NCBI GenBank assembly: GCA_964016885.1
Contig: OZ024744.1
Location: forward strand, 122,698,001-122,762,000
Source: Eledone cirrhosa
Taxonomy: Eukaryota
DNA length: 64,000 bases
Direction: 5' to 3'
The notes below the pieces were generated by a model. The model worked only from the letters and a program-made list of their open reading frames with translations, ran no database searches and was not told the DNA's origin. Positions 26,857-41,400 of the stretch are shown in pieces. Within the stretch, counting starts at the first letter, position 1. Each line of letters opens with the position of its first letter. Made by a program: the position numbers and the translations under genes.

Positions 26857-27383
26857 TTTCTTTATTAGCCACAGGGGCACAAAAGAAGGGGACAAATACA
26901 AAGGGGGAAGTTTACATACAATAAAAACGTGTAAAATGTTATCACAGATGGAATTTAAAAGTTAGTCGATTTTCCCCAATAGAGGGAGACAGTTTATATG
27001 GGTAACACAGACCCCCGAAAAAAATGTGCAACCCTCATCTCCAGGAGTACGAAGAGCTTGTACTCCTTTCCTCTCCTCCTCCTTTTCCTCAACCTACAGG
27101 CTGATATAGAGAGAAGGCCCATTCACTCAGGCCATTCTCGCCACTTTCACCCACCTTTCATAAAACTTGCTGGGGTACAGCACCTCTCTCTCCATCCTGA
27201 TTCTTCTTCCAAAGTGGTATTTGAAAAAAAGAATCAGTTGTTGGCCGGAGAGAAAGGTGTCTGACCTCAGCCCTTTCAACCTTGTCCACCATACAACCTC
27301 TTTCGCCATAGCTATCACACAAAGGAAAACCGCCTCTCCTTCGTTTTTGAAGGAGGGTGGCGGTTTGATCATGACAATGGACT
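26857..27383 (-). mobile_element. L1/Tx1-like LINE 3' fragment, type 1
   Basis: Near-identical to 25413-25930. Confidence 0.8.
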
Positions 27384-27519
27384 TAGATAGATTGATAGAT
27401 AGGTAGACAGATATATAGATAGACAGATATATAGATAGATAGATAGACATATAGACAGATAGATAGACAGATAGATAGATAGATAGACATATAGACAGAC
27501 ATATAGATATATAGATAGA

Positions 27520-27763
27520 TTTCTTTATTAGCCACAAGGGCGCAACAAGAAAGGGGACAATACAAAGACATGCCGGGGATTTTACATACAGTCGTGTAAA
27601 AATTATAAAAACAAACAATTTCAACAATCGAAATCCCCAATAGGGGGAGGCGCCACAAATGAGTTGTTTAATACCCCGTCGATAGAACAACCCTCAACTC
27701 AAGAAGCGTGTTGTGCAAGTGCTCCTTTCTTCCTTTTGCTCTCTTCCTCAACCTACAGGCTTA
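27520..27763 (-). mobile_element. L1/Tx1-like LINE 3' UTR fragment, type 2
   Basis: Similar to 26250-26490. Confidence 0.75.
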
Positions 27764-27933
27764 TAGATATATAGATAGACATAGATAGATAGATAGACAT
27801 ATAGACAGACAGACATATAGATAGACATATAGACATATAGACATATAGATATATAGATAGATATATAGATAGACATATAGACAGATAGATAGACATATAG
27901 ACATATAGACAGACATATAGACAGATAGATATA

Positions 27934-28197
27934 TTTCTTTATTAGCCACAGGGGCACAAAAGAAGGGGACAAATACAAAGGGGGAAGTTTACATACAATA
28001 AAAACGTGTAAAATGTTATCACAGATGGAATTTAAAAGTTAGTCGATTTTCCCCAATAGAGGGAGACAGTTTATATGGGTAACACATACCCCCGAAAAAA
28101 TGTGCAACCCTCATCTCCAGGAGTACGAAGAGCTTGTACTCCTTTCCTCTCCTCCTCCTTTTCCTCAATCTACAGGCTGATATAGAGAGAAGGCCCA
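27934..28197 (-). mobile_element. L1/Tx1-like LINE 3' UTR fragment, type 1
   Basis: Near-identical to 26857-27120. Confidence 0.78.
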
Positions 28198-28369
28198 TAT
28201 AGACAGATAGATAGACATATAGATAGACATATAGATATATAGACAGTTAGATAGATATATTTCTTTATTTGCCAGAGATAGAGAGATCTAGATATAAGCA
28301 TATCTCCATTAAAAACGTCGTTGGAACGGTTGGAACTTTCCTATACGGTAGAATGTGGGAAATATATAG

Positions 28370-28700
28370 ACATGTAGTGTATATAGTCATGTGTCGTGTA
28401 TAGACATGTGGTATATATAGACATGTGGTGTATAGACGTGTGTATAGTGTATAGACGTGTGTATATAGTGTATAAACGTGTGTATACAGTGTATAGACGT
28501 GTGTATATAGTGTATAGACGTGTGTATATAGTGTATAGACGTGTATGTATAGTGCATAGACGTGCGTATAGTGCATAGACGTGTGTGTATAGTGTATAGA
28601 CGTGTGTATATATAGTGTATAGACGTGTGTATATATAGTGTATAGCCGTGTGTATATATAGTGTATAGACATGTGTATAGTGTATAGACGTGTGTACGGT
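28370..28700. repeat. ~21-bp minisatellite TATAGTGTATAGACGTGTGTA
   Basis: Direct tandem units. Confidence 0.9.
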
Positions 28701-30808
28701 GTGTATATAAAGGGCGGCATGTGTGTGCGGTGTGTATAGAGTGTATATAAAGGGCGGCATGTGTGTGCGGTATGTATAAAGTGTATATAAGGGACGGCAT
28801 GTTGTGGTGTGTATAAAGTGTATATAAGGGACGGCATGTGTGTGCGGTGTGTATAAAGTGTATATAAAGGGCGGCATGTGTGTGCGGTGTGTATAAAGTG
28901 TATATAAAGGGCGGCATGTGTGTGCGGTGTGTATAAAGTGTATATAAGGGACGGCATGTGTGTGCGGTGTGTATAAAGTATATATAAGGGACGGCATGTG
29001 TGTACGGTGTGTATAAAGTGTATATAAGGGACGGCATGTGTGTGCGGTGTGTATAAAGTGTATATAAGGGGCATGTGTGTGCGGTGTGTATAAAGTGTAT
29101 ATAAAGGGCAGCATGTGTGTGCGGTGTGTATAAAGTGTATATAAGGGACGGCATGTGTGTGCGGTGTGTATAAAGTGTATATAAGGGACGGCATGTGTGT
29201 GCGGTGTATATAAAGTGTATATAAGGGACGGCATGTGTGTGCGGTGTGTATAAAGTGTATATAAGGGACGGCATGTGTGTGCGGTGTATATAAAGTGTAT
29301 ATAAGGGACGGCATGTGTGTACGGTGTGTATAAAGTGTATATAAGGGGCATGTGTGTGCGGTATGTATAAAGTGTATATAAAGGGCGGCATGTGTGTGCG
29401 GTGTGTATAAAGTGTATATAAGGGGCGGCATGTGTGTGCGGTGTGTATAAAGTGTATATAAAGGGCGGCATGTGTGTGCGGTGTGTATAAGGTGTATATA
29501 AGGGACGGCATGTGTGTGCGGTGTGTATAAAGTGTATATAAAGGGCGGCATGTGTGTGCGGTGTGTATAAAGTGTATATAAGGGACGGCATGTGTGTGCG
29601 GTGTGTATAAAGTGTATATAAAGGGCAGCATGTGTGTGCGGTGTGTATAAAGTGTATATAAGGGGCGGCATGTGTGTGCGGTGTGTATAAAATGTATATA
29701 AAGGGCGGCATGTGTGCGGTGTGTATATAAAGGGCGGCATGTGTGTGCGGTGTGTATAAAGTGTATATAAAGGGCGGCATGTGTGTATAAAGTGTATATA
29801 AAGGGCGGCATGTGTGTGCGGTGTGTATAAAGTGTATATAAGGGACGGCATGTGTGTGCGGTGTGTATAAAGTGTATATAAAGGGCGGCATGTGTGTATA
29901 AAATGTATATAAAGGGCGGCATGTGTGTGCGGTGTGTATAAAGTGTATATAAAGGGCGGCATGTGTGTGCGGTGTGTATAAAGTGTATATAAGGGACGGC
30001 ATGTGTGTGCGGTGTGTATAAAGTGTATATAAAGGGCGGCATGTGTATGCGGTGTGTATAAAGTGTATATAAAGGGCGGCATGTGTGTGCGGTGTGTATA
30101 AAGTGTATATAAAGGGCAGCATGTGTGTGCGGTGTGTATAAAGTGTATATAAAGGGCGGCATGTGTGTGCGGTGTGTATAAAGTGTATATAAAGGGTATA
30201 TAAGGGGCGGCATGTGTGTGCGGTGTGTATAAAGTGTATATAAAGGGTATATAAGGGGCGGCATGTGTGTGCGGTGTGTATAAAGTGTATATAAAGGGTA
30301 TATAAGGGGCGGCATGTGTGCGCGGTGTGTATAAAGTGTATATAAAGGGTATATAAGGGGCGGCATGTGTGTGCGGTGTGTATAAAGTGTATATAAAGGG
30401 TATATAAGGGGCGGCATGTGTGTGCGGTGTGTATAAAGTGTATATAAAGGGTATATAAGGGGCGGCATGTGTGTGCGGTGTGTATAAAGTGTATATAAGG
30501 GGCGGCATGTGTGTGCGGTGTGTATAAAGTGTATATAAAGGGTATATAAGGGGCGGCATGTGTGTGCGGTGTGTATAAAGTGTATATAAGGGGCGGCATG
30601 TGTGTGCGGTGTGTATAAAGTGTATATAAAGGGTATATAAGGGGCGGCATGTGTGTGCGGTGTATATAAAGGGTATATAAGGGGCGGCATGTGTGTGCGG
30701 TGTGTATAAAGTGTATATAAAGGGTATATAAGGGGCCGCATGTGTGTGCGGTGTGTATAAAGTGTATATAAAGGGTATATAAGGGGCGGCATGTGTGTGC
30801 GGTGTGTA
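28700..30808. repeat. 39-40 bp minisatellite GGCGGCATGTGTGTGCGGTGTGTATAAAGTGTATATAA(A)G, with a ~50-bp variant after ~30180
   Basis: Direct tandem units, roughly 50 copies. Confidence 0.95.
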
Positions 30809-30927
30809 TGTTTCTATGTCCAATCGTTTGACAGATACAATTTCCAAGGAAACATGAAAACAAACAAGACCGGCTTCAATGGAGGCTGATGTTCGGTCGT
30901 TACCTATTTTAATAATGAAGTACGCAC

Positions 30928-31419
30928 CTGCCTTTGACGGTCTTGTAACGGTAGAGCCATCCACGGCATGTCTGCTAAATATTTCTGGTAAAGGGACCAA
31001 TTTAAGTTCTCGTTAGCGGCGTCTGTCGATACAAAGACGATCTCTAGATTGTCCCTTAAGGGAGAATTCTGTTTGAAATCCTTATAAAAGCGCAGCACGG
31101 TGTTGAAAGCGTGTTGCGGTGTACCCAAAACACAGCCGGCAGGGGCAACAGTAGACGACGATGATGAAGAAGCGGATGACAACAAGCCGCCATCTTCCTC
31201 TCTGTAGCTGTCGGGCAAGATGGCGAAGAACAAACCGATTATTTTGTCCTTACCACTGATGTCTTTGACGGCCAGAAGTGGCGAGCAGGTTCGCTCATGT
31301 CCGTCTTCTCTACTCACACTGCTGTCGTCGCTAGATGTGGAGGCCTCTATCGTGTTATCCGCCGACAGATTCTGACAAGAGACCACGTAGCTTCCTAAAA
31401 GGTTTTCAATGGCGGCCAT
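30928..31419 (-). CDS. NXN: Nucleoredoxin-like gene, first coding exon (164 codons, N-terminal thioredoxin-like domain)
   Basis: ENLLG..IIGLFF..FYKDFK..LEIVFVSTD..YLADMPWMALPLQDRQRQ resembles the NXN N-terminus (LEIVFVSSD..DMPWLALPYKEKHRK). Similarity ends at a phase-0 donor CAG|GTGCGT at 30928/30927. Confidence 0.85.
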
Positions 31420-31688
31420 AACTACAGGATGGCGGGAAGTAGCATCCCTCCTCTCACTATCCTCCTACCTCACTTCTTTTCAGTCCTCCTCCTCCCGGTA
31501 CCCGTTTCATTTCTTTTACTCACTCACTACTTAAAAATACACGCTCTTTTTTTCACTCTTTCTATATATGTATCTATCTATTTCTGGATTTACGACTATT
31601 CTCTTCCTCTGTCTCTCTGTCTTTTTCTCTCTCTCTCTTCTATCTATCTATCTTTATTGTTATTTATTAATGTTAAAGTTATTTTTAT

Positions 31689-31880
31689 GTAAAACCCCCG
31701 CCGTCACGTCTTGTAATGTCCCATTTTTGTACGCCCCTGTGGCAAATACAGAAAGATATCTATCTATCTATCTATCTATTTGTGAAAATAAAGAAATATA
31801 TCTATTTGTGATAATATTTTAACTTCCCCCTTTGTATTTGTCCCCTTCTTTTGTGCCCCTGTGGCTAATAAACATATCTA
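31689..31880 (+). mobile_element. Two short 3'-terminal stubs of the same L1/Tx1-like families
   Basis: TTGTATTTGTCCCCTTCTTTTGTGCCCCTGTGGCTAATAAA and GCCCCTGTGGCAAATACAGAAAGA(TATC)n. Confidence 0.7.
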
Positions 31881-32436
31881 TTTCTGTCTCTTACTATTTC
31901 TCTCTTCCCTCCATCTGTCCCGTTTGGTCCCTCACTCTCTTTTATCTCTCTCCCCTTTATTTAAACTTCTATCAATTTCTCTCCTCCACTCTCTCTTTCT
32001 CCCCCCTTTCTCTTTCTTTGCTTCTCTCTCAGTCTTCTACTCTTTCTACTTCTACTTCACTATCTTTTCTTTCTTCTCTCATTCTATCTTCCTTTCATTT
32101 TCTATTTGAGTCATTCATTTGATATACACCCCTATCTTACCCCCCCCCCCCTCGCTCTCTATCTATCTATTTATCTATTTATCCTTCTCTCTTTCTCTAT
32201 GATTACTTCTACATGTCTGCCTATCTTTCTCTCTCGCACTATTTGTCAGTCTATCTCTCCATTGATCAATTTATCGATCATCAGTCTAACTTTCCCTCTC
32301 CGTCTGTACTACTCTGTGATCTGTTACAAAGTCGTCTGGCCGTCAGTTTATATTCAAACTGCCGGCTTTCCGAATCTGAGTCAGTCGGTGCTTTCAACTC
32401 GTCTCACTAACATCATCGTAATTATCAAAGAATTGC

Positions 32437-35400
32437 AGCAACAACAGTAACAACAGCAGTAACAACAACAACAGTAACAACAACAGTAACAACAACAGTA
32501 ACAACAACACTAACAACAATAGTAACAACAACAGTAACAACAACAGTAACAACAGCAGTAACAACAACAACAGTAACAACAACAGTAACAACAACACTAA
32601 CAACAATAGTAACAACAACAGTAACAACAACAGTAACAACAACAGTAACAACAACAGTAACAACAACAGTAACAACAACAATAGTAACAACAACAGTAAC
32701 AACAACACTAACAACAATAGTAACAACAACAGTAACAACAACAGTAACAACAGCAGTAACAACAACAACAGTAACAACAACAGTAACAACAACAGTAACA
32801 ACAACAGTAACAACAACAGTAACAACAATAGTAACAACAACAGTAACAACAACAGTAACAACAACAACAGTAACAACAGCAGTAACAACAACAACAGTAA
32901 CAACAACAGTAACAACAACAGTAACAACAACAGTAACAACAACAGTAACAACAACAGTAACAACAATAGTAACAACAACAGTAACAACAAAAACAGTAAC
33001 AACAACAGTAACAACAACAGTAACAACAACAACAGTAACAACAACAGTAACAACAACAGTAACAACAGCAGTAACAACAACAACAGTAACAACAACAGTA
33101 ACAACAACAACAGTAACAACAACAGTAACAACAACAACAGTAACAACAACAGTAACAACAACAGTAACAACAACAACAGTAACAACAACAACAACAACAA
33201 CAGTAACAACAATAGTAACAACAACAACAGTAACAACAAAGGTAACAACAACAGTAACAACAACAGTAACAACAACAGTAACAACAACAACAGTAACAAC
33301 AACAGTAACAACAACAACAGTAACAACAACAGTAACAACAACAACAGTAACAACAACAGTAACAACAACAGTAACAACAACAGTAACAACAACAACAGTA
33401 ACAACAACAGTAACAACAACAGTAACAACAACAGTAACAACAACAACAGTAACAACAACAGTAACAACAACAGTAACAACAACACTAACAACAACAGTAA
33501 CAACAACAGTAACGACAACAGTAACAACAACAACAGTAACAACAACAGTAACAACAACAGTAACAACAATAGTAACAACAACAGTAACAACAACAGTAAC
33601 AACAACAACAGTAACAACAACAACAGTAACAACAACAGTAACAACAACAACAGTAACAACAACAGTAACAACAATAGTAACAACAACAGTAACAACAACA
33701 GTAACAACAACAACAGTAACAACAACAGTAACAACAACAACAGTAACAACAATAGTAACAACAACAACAACAGTAACAACAACAGTAACAACAACAGTAA
33801 CAACAACAGTGACAACAGCAGTAACAACAACAACAGTAACAACAACAGTAACAACAACAGTAACAACAACAGTAACAACAACAACAGTAACAACAACAGT
33901 AACAACAACAGTAACAACAACAACAGTAACAACAATAGTAACAACAACAACACTAACAACAACAGTAACAACAACAGTAACAACAACAGTAACAACAACA
34001 GTAACAACAACAGTAACAATAACAACAGTAACAACAACAACAGTAACAACAACAGTAACAACAACAGTAACAACAACAGTAACAACAATAGTAACAACAA
34101 CAACAGTAACAACAACAGTAACAACAACAGTAACAACAACAGTAACAACAAAAGTAACAACAGCAGTAACAACAACAGTAACAACAGCAGTAACAACAAC
34201 AGTAACAACAACAGTAACAACAACAGTAACAACAACAACAGTAACAACAACAGTAACAACAACAGTAACAACAACAACAGTAACAATAACAGTAACAACA
34301 ACAACAGTAACAACAACAGTAACAACAACAGTAACAACAACAACAACAGTAACAACAACAGTAACAACAACAGTAACAACAACAGTAACAACAACAACAG
34401 TAACAACAACAGTAACAACAACAGTAACAACAACAGTAACAACAACAGTAACAACAACAGTAACAACAACAACAGTAACAACAACAGTAACAACAACAAC
34501 AGTAACAACAACAGTAACAACAACAGTAACAACAATAGTAACAACAACAGTAACAACAACAGTAACAACAACAACAGTAACAACAACAACAGTAACAACA
34601 ACAACAGTAACAACAACAGTAACAACAACAACAGTAACAACAACAGTAACAACAACAGTAACAACAATGGTAACAACAACAGTAACAACAAAAGTAACAA
34701 CAACAACAGTAACAACAACAGTAACAACAACAACAGTAACAACAATAGTAACAACAACAACAACAGTAACAACAACAGTAACAACAACAGTAACAACAAC
34801 AGTAACAACAGCAGTAACAACAACAACAGTAACAACAACAGTAACAACAACAGTAACAACAACAGTAACAACAACAACAGTAACAACAACAGTAACAACA
34901 ACAACAGTAACAACAATAGTAACAACAACAACAGTAACAACAACAGTAACAACAACAGTAACAACAACAGTAACAACAACAGTAACAATAACAACAGTAA
35001 CAACAACAACAGTAACAACAACAGTAACAACAACAGTAACAACAACAGTAACAACAATAGTAACAACAACAACAGTAACAACAACAGTAACAACAACAGT
35101 AACAACAACAGTAACAACAAAAGTAACAACAGCAGTAACAACAACAGTAACAACAGCAGTAACAACAACAGTAACAACAACAGTAACAACAACAGTAACA
35201 ACAACAACAGTAACAACAACAGTAACGACAACAGTAACAACAACAGTAACAATAACAGTAACAACAACAACAGTAACAACAACAGTAACAACAACAGTAA
35301 CAACAACAACAACAGTAACAACAACAGTAACAACAACAGTAACAACAACAGTAACAACAACAACAGTAACAACAACAGTAACAACAACAGTAACAACAAC

Positions 35401-38400
35401 AGTAACAACAACAGTAACAACAACAGTAACAAAAACAACAGTAACAACAACAGTAACAACAACAACAGTAACAACAACAGTAACAACAACAGTAACAACA
35501 ACAACAGTAACAACAACAACAGTAACAACAGCAGTAACAACAACAGTAACAACAACAGTAACAACAACAGTAACAACAACAGTAGCAACAACACTAACAA
35601 CAAACAACAGTAACAACAACAGTAACAACAACAGTAACAACAACAGTAACAACAACAGTAACAACAGCAGTAACAACAACAACAGTAACAACAACAGTAA
35701 CAACAACAACAGTAACAACAACAGTAACAACAACAGTAACAACAACAGTAACAACAACAGTAACAACAACAGTAACAACTGCAGTAACAACAACAACAGT
35801 AACAACAACAACAGTAACAACAACAGTAACAACAACAGTAACAACAACAACAGTAACAACAACAGTAACAACAACAACAGTAACAACAGCAGTAACAACA
35901 ACAACAGTAACAACAAGAGTAACAACAACAGTAACAACAACAGTAACAACAACAACAGTAACAACAGCAGTAACAACAACAGTAACAACAACAGTAACAA
36001 CAACAGTAACAACAACAGTAACAACAACAACAACAGTAACAACAACAGTAACAACAACAACAGTAACAACAACAGTACCAACAACAGTAACAACAACAGT
36101 AACAACAACAGTAACAACAACAGTAACAACAGCAGTAACAACAACAGTAACAACAACAGTAACAACAACAGTAACAACAACAGTAACAACAACAGCAGTA
36201 ACAACAACAGTAACAACAACAGTAACAACAACAGTAACAACAACAGTAACAACAACAACAGTAACAACAACAGTAACAACAACAGTAACAACAACAACAG
36301 TAACAACAGCAGTAACAACAACAACAGTAACAACAACAGTAACAACAATAGTAACAACAACAGTAACAACAACAGTAACAACAACAGTAACAACAACAAC
36401 AGTAACAACAACAGTAACAACAACAACAGTAACAACAACAGTAACAACAACAGTAACAACAACAGTAACAACAACAACAGTAACAACAACAGTAACAACA
36501 ACAGTAACAACAACAGTAACAACAACAACAGTAACAAAAACAACAGTTAAAACAACAGTAACAACAACAGTAACAACAACAACAGTAACAACAACAGTAA
36601 CAACAACAGTAACAACAACAACAGTAACAACAACAACAACAACAACAGTAACAACAACAGTAACAACAATAGTAACAACAACAACAGTAACAACAAAGGT
36701 AACAACAACAGTAACAACAACAGTAACAACAACAGTAACAACAACAGTAACAACAACACTAACAACAACAGTAACAACAACAACAGTAACAACAACAGTA
36801 ACAACAACAACAGTAACAACAACAGTAACAACAACAACAGTAACAACAACAACAGAAACAACAACAACAGTAACAACAACAGTAACAACAACAGTAACAA
36901 CAAGAGTAACAACAACAACAGTAACAACAACAGTAACAACAACAGTAACAACAACACTAACAACAACAGTAACAACAACAGTAACGACAACAGTAACAAC
37001 AACAACAGTAACAACAACAGTAACAACAACAGTAACAACAATAGTAACAACAACAGTAACAACAACAGTAACAACAACAACAGTAACAACAACAACAGTA
37101 ACAACAACAGTAACAACAACAACAGTAACAACAACTGTAACAACAACAGTAACAACAATAGTAACAACAACAGTAACAACAACAGTAACAACAACAACAG
37201 TAACAACAACAGTAACAACAACAACAGTAACAACAACAGTAACAACAACAACAGTAACAACAATAGTAACAACAACAACAACAGTAACAACATCAGTAAC
37301 AACAACAGTAACAACAACAGTAACAACAGCAGTAACAACAACAACAGTAACAACAACAGTAACAACAACAGTAACAACAACAGTAACAACAACAACAGTA
37401 ACAACAACAGTAACAACAACAGTAACAACAACAACAGTAACAACAATAGTAACAACAACAACAGTAACAACAACAGTAACAACAACAGTAACAACAACAG
37501 TAACAACAACAGTAGCAACAACAGTAACAATAACAACAGTAACAACAACAGTAACAACAATAGTAACAACAACAACAGTAACAACAACAGTAACAACAAC
37601 AGTAACAACAACAGTAACAACAAAAGTAACAACAGCAGTAACAACAACAGTAACAACAGCAGTAACAACAACAGTAACAACAACAGTAACAACAACAGTA
37701 ACAACAACAACAGTAACAACAACAGTAACAACAACAGTAACAACAACAACAGTAACAATAACAGTAACAACAACAACAGTAACAACAACAGTAACAACAA
37801 CAGTAACAACAACAACAACAGTAACAACAACAGTAACAACAACAGTAACAACAACAGTAACAACAACAACAGTAACAACAACAGTAACAACAACAGTAAC
37901 AACAACAGTAACAACAACAGTAACAACGACAGTAACAACAACAGTAACAACAACAACAGTAACAACAACAGTAACAACAACAACAGTAACAACAACAGTA
38001 ACAACAACAGTAACAACAACAACAGTAACAACAACAACAGTAACAACAGCAGTAACAACAACAACAGTAACAACAACAGTAACAACAACAGTAACAACAA
38101 CAGTAGCAACAACAGTAACAACAACAACAGTAACAACAACAGTAACAACAACAGTAACAACAACAGTAACAACAGCAGTAACAACAACAACAGTAACAAC
38201 AACAGTAACAACAACAACAGTAACAACAACAGTAACAACAACAGTAACAACAACAGTAACAACAACAGTAACAACAACAGTAACAACAACAGTAACAACA
38301 GCAGTAACAACAACAACAGTAACAACAACAGTAACAACAACAACAGTAACAACAACAGTAACAACAACAGTAACAACAACAGTAACAACAACAACAGTAA

Positions 38401-41400
38401 CAACAACAGTAACAACAACAACAGTAACAACAGCAGTAACAACAACAACAGTAACAACAAGAGTAACAACAACAGTAACAACAACAGTAACAACAACAAC
38501 AGTAACAACAACAATAACAACAACAGTAACAACAACAGTAACAACAACAGTAACAACAACAGTAACAACAACAACAACAGTAACAACAACAGTAACAACA
38601 ACAACAGTAACAACAACAGTAACAACAACAGTAACAACAACAGTAACAACAACAGTAACAACAACAGTAACAACAACACTAACAACAACAGTAACAACAA
38701 CAGTAACAACAACAGTAACAACAACAGCAGTAACAACAACAGTAACAACAACAGTAACAACAACAGTAACAACAACAGTAACAACAACAACAGTAACAAC
38801 AACAGTAACAACAACAGTAACAACAACAACAGTAACAACAGCAGTAACAACAACAACAGTAACAACAACAGTAACAACAATAGTAACAACAACAGTAACA
38901 ACAACAGTAACAACAACAGTAACAACAACAACAGTAACAACAACAGTAACAACAACAACAGTAACAACAACAGTAACAACAACAACAGTAACAACAACAA
39001 CAGTAACAACAACAACAGTAACAACAACAGTAACAACAACAGTAACAACAACAACAACAGTAACAACAACAGTAACAACAAAAGTAACAACAACAGTAAC
39101 AACAACAACAGACACAACAACAGACACAACAACAGTAACAACAACAATAACAACAACAGTAACAACAACAGTAACAACAACAACAACAACAACGGTAACA
39201 ACAACAGTAACAACAACAACAGTAACAACAACAGTAACAACAAAAGTAACAACAACAACAGTAACAACAACAGTAAAAACAACAGTAACAACAACAGAAA
39301 CAACAACAGTAACAACAACAGTAACAACAACAACAGTAACAACAACAGTAACAACAACAGTAACAACAACAGTAACAACAATAGTAACAACAACAGTAAC
39401 AACAACAGTAACAACAACAACAGTAACAACAACAACAGTAACAACAACAGTAACAACAACAGTAACAACAACAGTAACAACAACACTAACAACAACAGTA
39501 ACAACAACAGTAACAACAACAGTAACAACAACAGTAACAACAGCAGTAACAACAACAGCAACAACAACAACAACAGTAACAACAACAGTAACAACAACAG
39601 TAACAACAACAACAGTAACAACAACAGTAACAACAACAGTGACAACAACAGTAACAACAACAGTAACAACAACAGTAACAACAACAGTAACAACAATAGT
39701 AACAACAACAGTAACAACAACAGTAACAACAACAGTAACAACAATAGTAACAACAACAGTAACAACAACAGTAACAACAACAGTAACAACAATAGTAACA
39801 ACAACAGTAACAACAACAGTAACAACAACAGTAACAACAACAACAGCAACAACAACAGCAACGACAACAGTAACAACAACAACAGTAACAACAACAACAG
39901 TAACAATAACAGTAACAACAACAGTAACAACAACAACAGTAACAACAACAGTAACAGCAACAACAGTAACAACAACAGTAACAACAACAGTAACAACAAC
40001 AGTAACAACAACAACAGTAACAACAACAACAGTAACAACAACAACAGTAACAACAACAGTAACAACAACAGTAACAACAACAACAACAGTAACAACAACA
40101 GTAACAACAACAGTAACAACAACAACACTAACAACAACAGAAACAACAACAGTAACAACAACAATAACAACAACAGTAACAACAACAGTAACAACAACAA
40201 CAACAACAACAACGGTAACAACAACAGTAACAACAACAGTAACAACAACAGTAACAACAACAACAGCAAGAACAACAGCAACAACAACAGTAACAACAAC
40301 AACAGTAACAACAACAACAGTAACAACAACAGTAACAACAACAACAGTAACAACAACAGTAACAACAACAGTAACAACAACAGTAACAACAACAGTAACA
40401 ACAACAGTAACAACAACAGTAACAACAACAGTAACAACAACAACAGTAACAAGAACAGTAACAACAACAACTGTAACAACAACAGTACCAACAATAGTAA
40501 CAACAACAGTAACAACAAAAGTAACAACAACAGTAACAACAACAGTAACAACAACAACAGTAATAACAATAGTAACAACAACAGTAACAACAACAGTAAC
40601 AACAACAACAGTAACAACAACAGTAACAACAACAGTAAAAACAACAGTAACAACAGCAGTAACAACAACAGTAACAACAACAGTAACAACAACAGTAACA
40701 ACAACAGTAACAACAACAGTAACAACAACAACAGTAACAACAACAACAGTAACAACAACAACAGTAACAACAACAGTAACAACAACAGTAACAACAACAA
40801 CAGTAACAAGAACAGTAACAACAACAACTGTAACAACAAGAGTACCAACAATAGTAACAACAACAGTAACAACAAAAGTAACAACAACAGTAACAACAAC
40901 AGTAACAACAACAACAGTAATAACAATAGTAACAACAACAGTAACAACAACAGTAACAACAACAACAGTAACAACAACAGTAACAACAACAGTAAAAACA
41001 ACAGTAACAACAGCAGTAACAACAACAGTAACAACAACAGTAACAACAACAGTAACAACAACAGTAACAACAACAGTAACAACAACAACAGTAACAACAA
41101 CAACAGTAACAACAACAACAGTAACAACAACAGTAACAACAACAGTAACAACAACAGTAACAACAACAGTAACAACAACAGTAACAACAACAACTGTAAC
41201 AACAACAGTAACAACAACAGTAACAACAACAGTAATAACAACAACAGTAACAACAACAGTAACAACAACAGTAACAACAACAGTAACAACAACAACAACA
41301 GTAACAACAACAGTAACAACAGCAGTAACAACAACAGTAACAACAACAACAGTATAAACAACAGTAACAACAACAGTAACAACAACAGTAACAACAACAA

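Noticed and set aside
28700-30808. CRISPR-like periodicity
   Set aside because: Units are contiguous with no unique spacers, the context is eukaryotic, and there are no cas genes.
28265-31000. 800-911 aa His/Thr/Tyr-rich ORFs on the minus strand
   Set aside because: All three frames are open through the minisatellite and unit lengths are not consistently multiples of 3; it lies past the NXN donor site.
32377-32383. AP-1-like TGAGTCA upstream of NXN
   Set aside because: A single 7-mer without the ARE GC extension; the transcription start is unknown.
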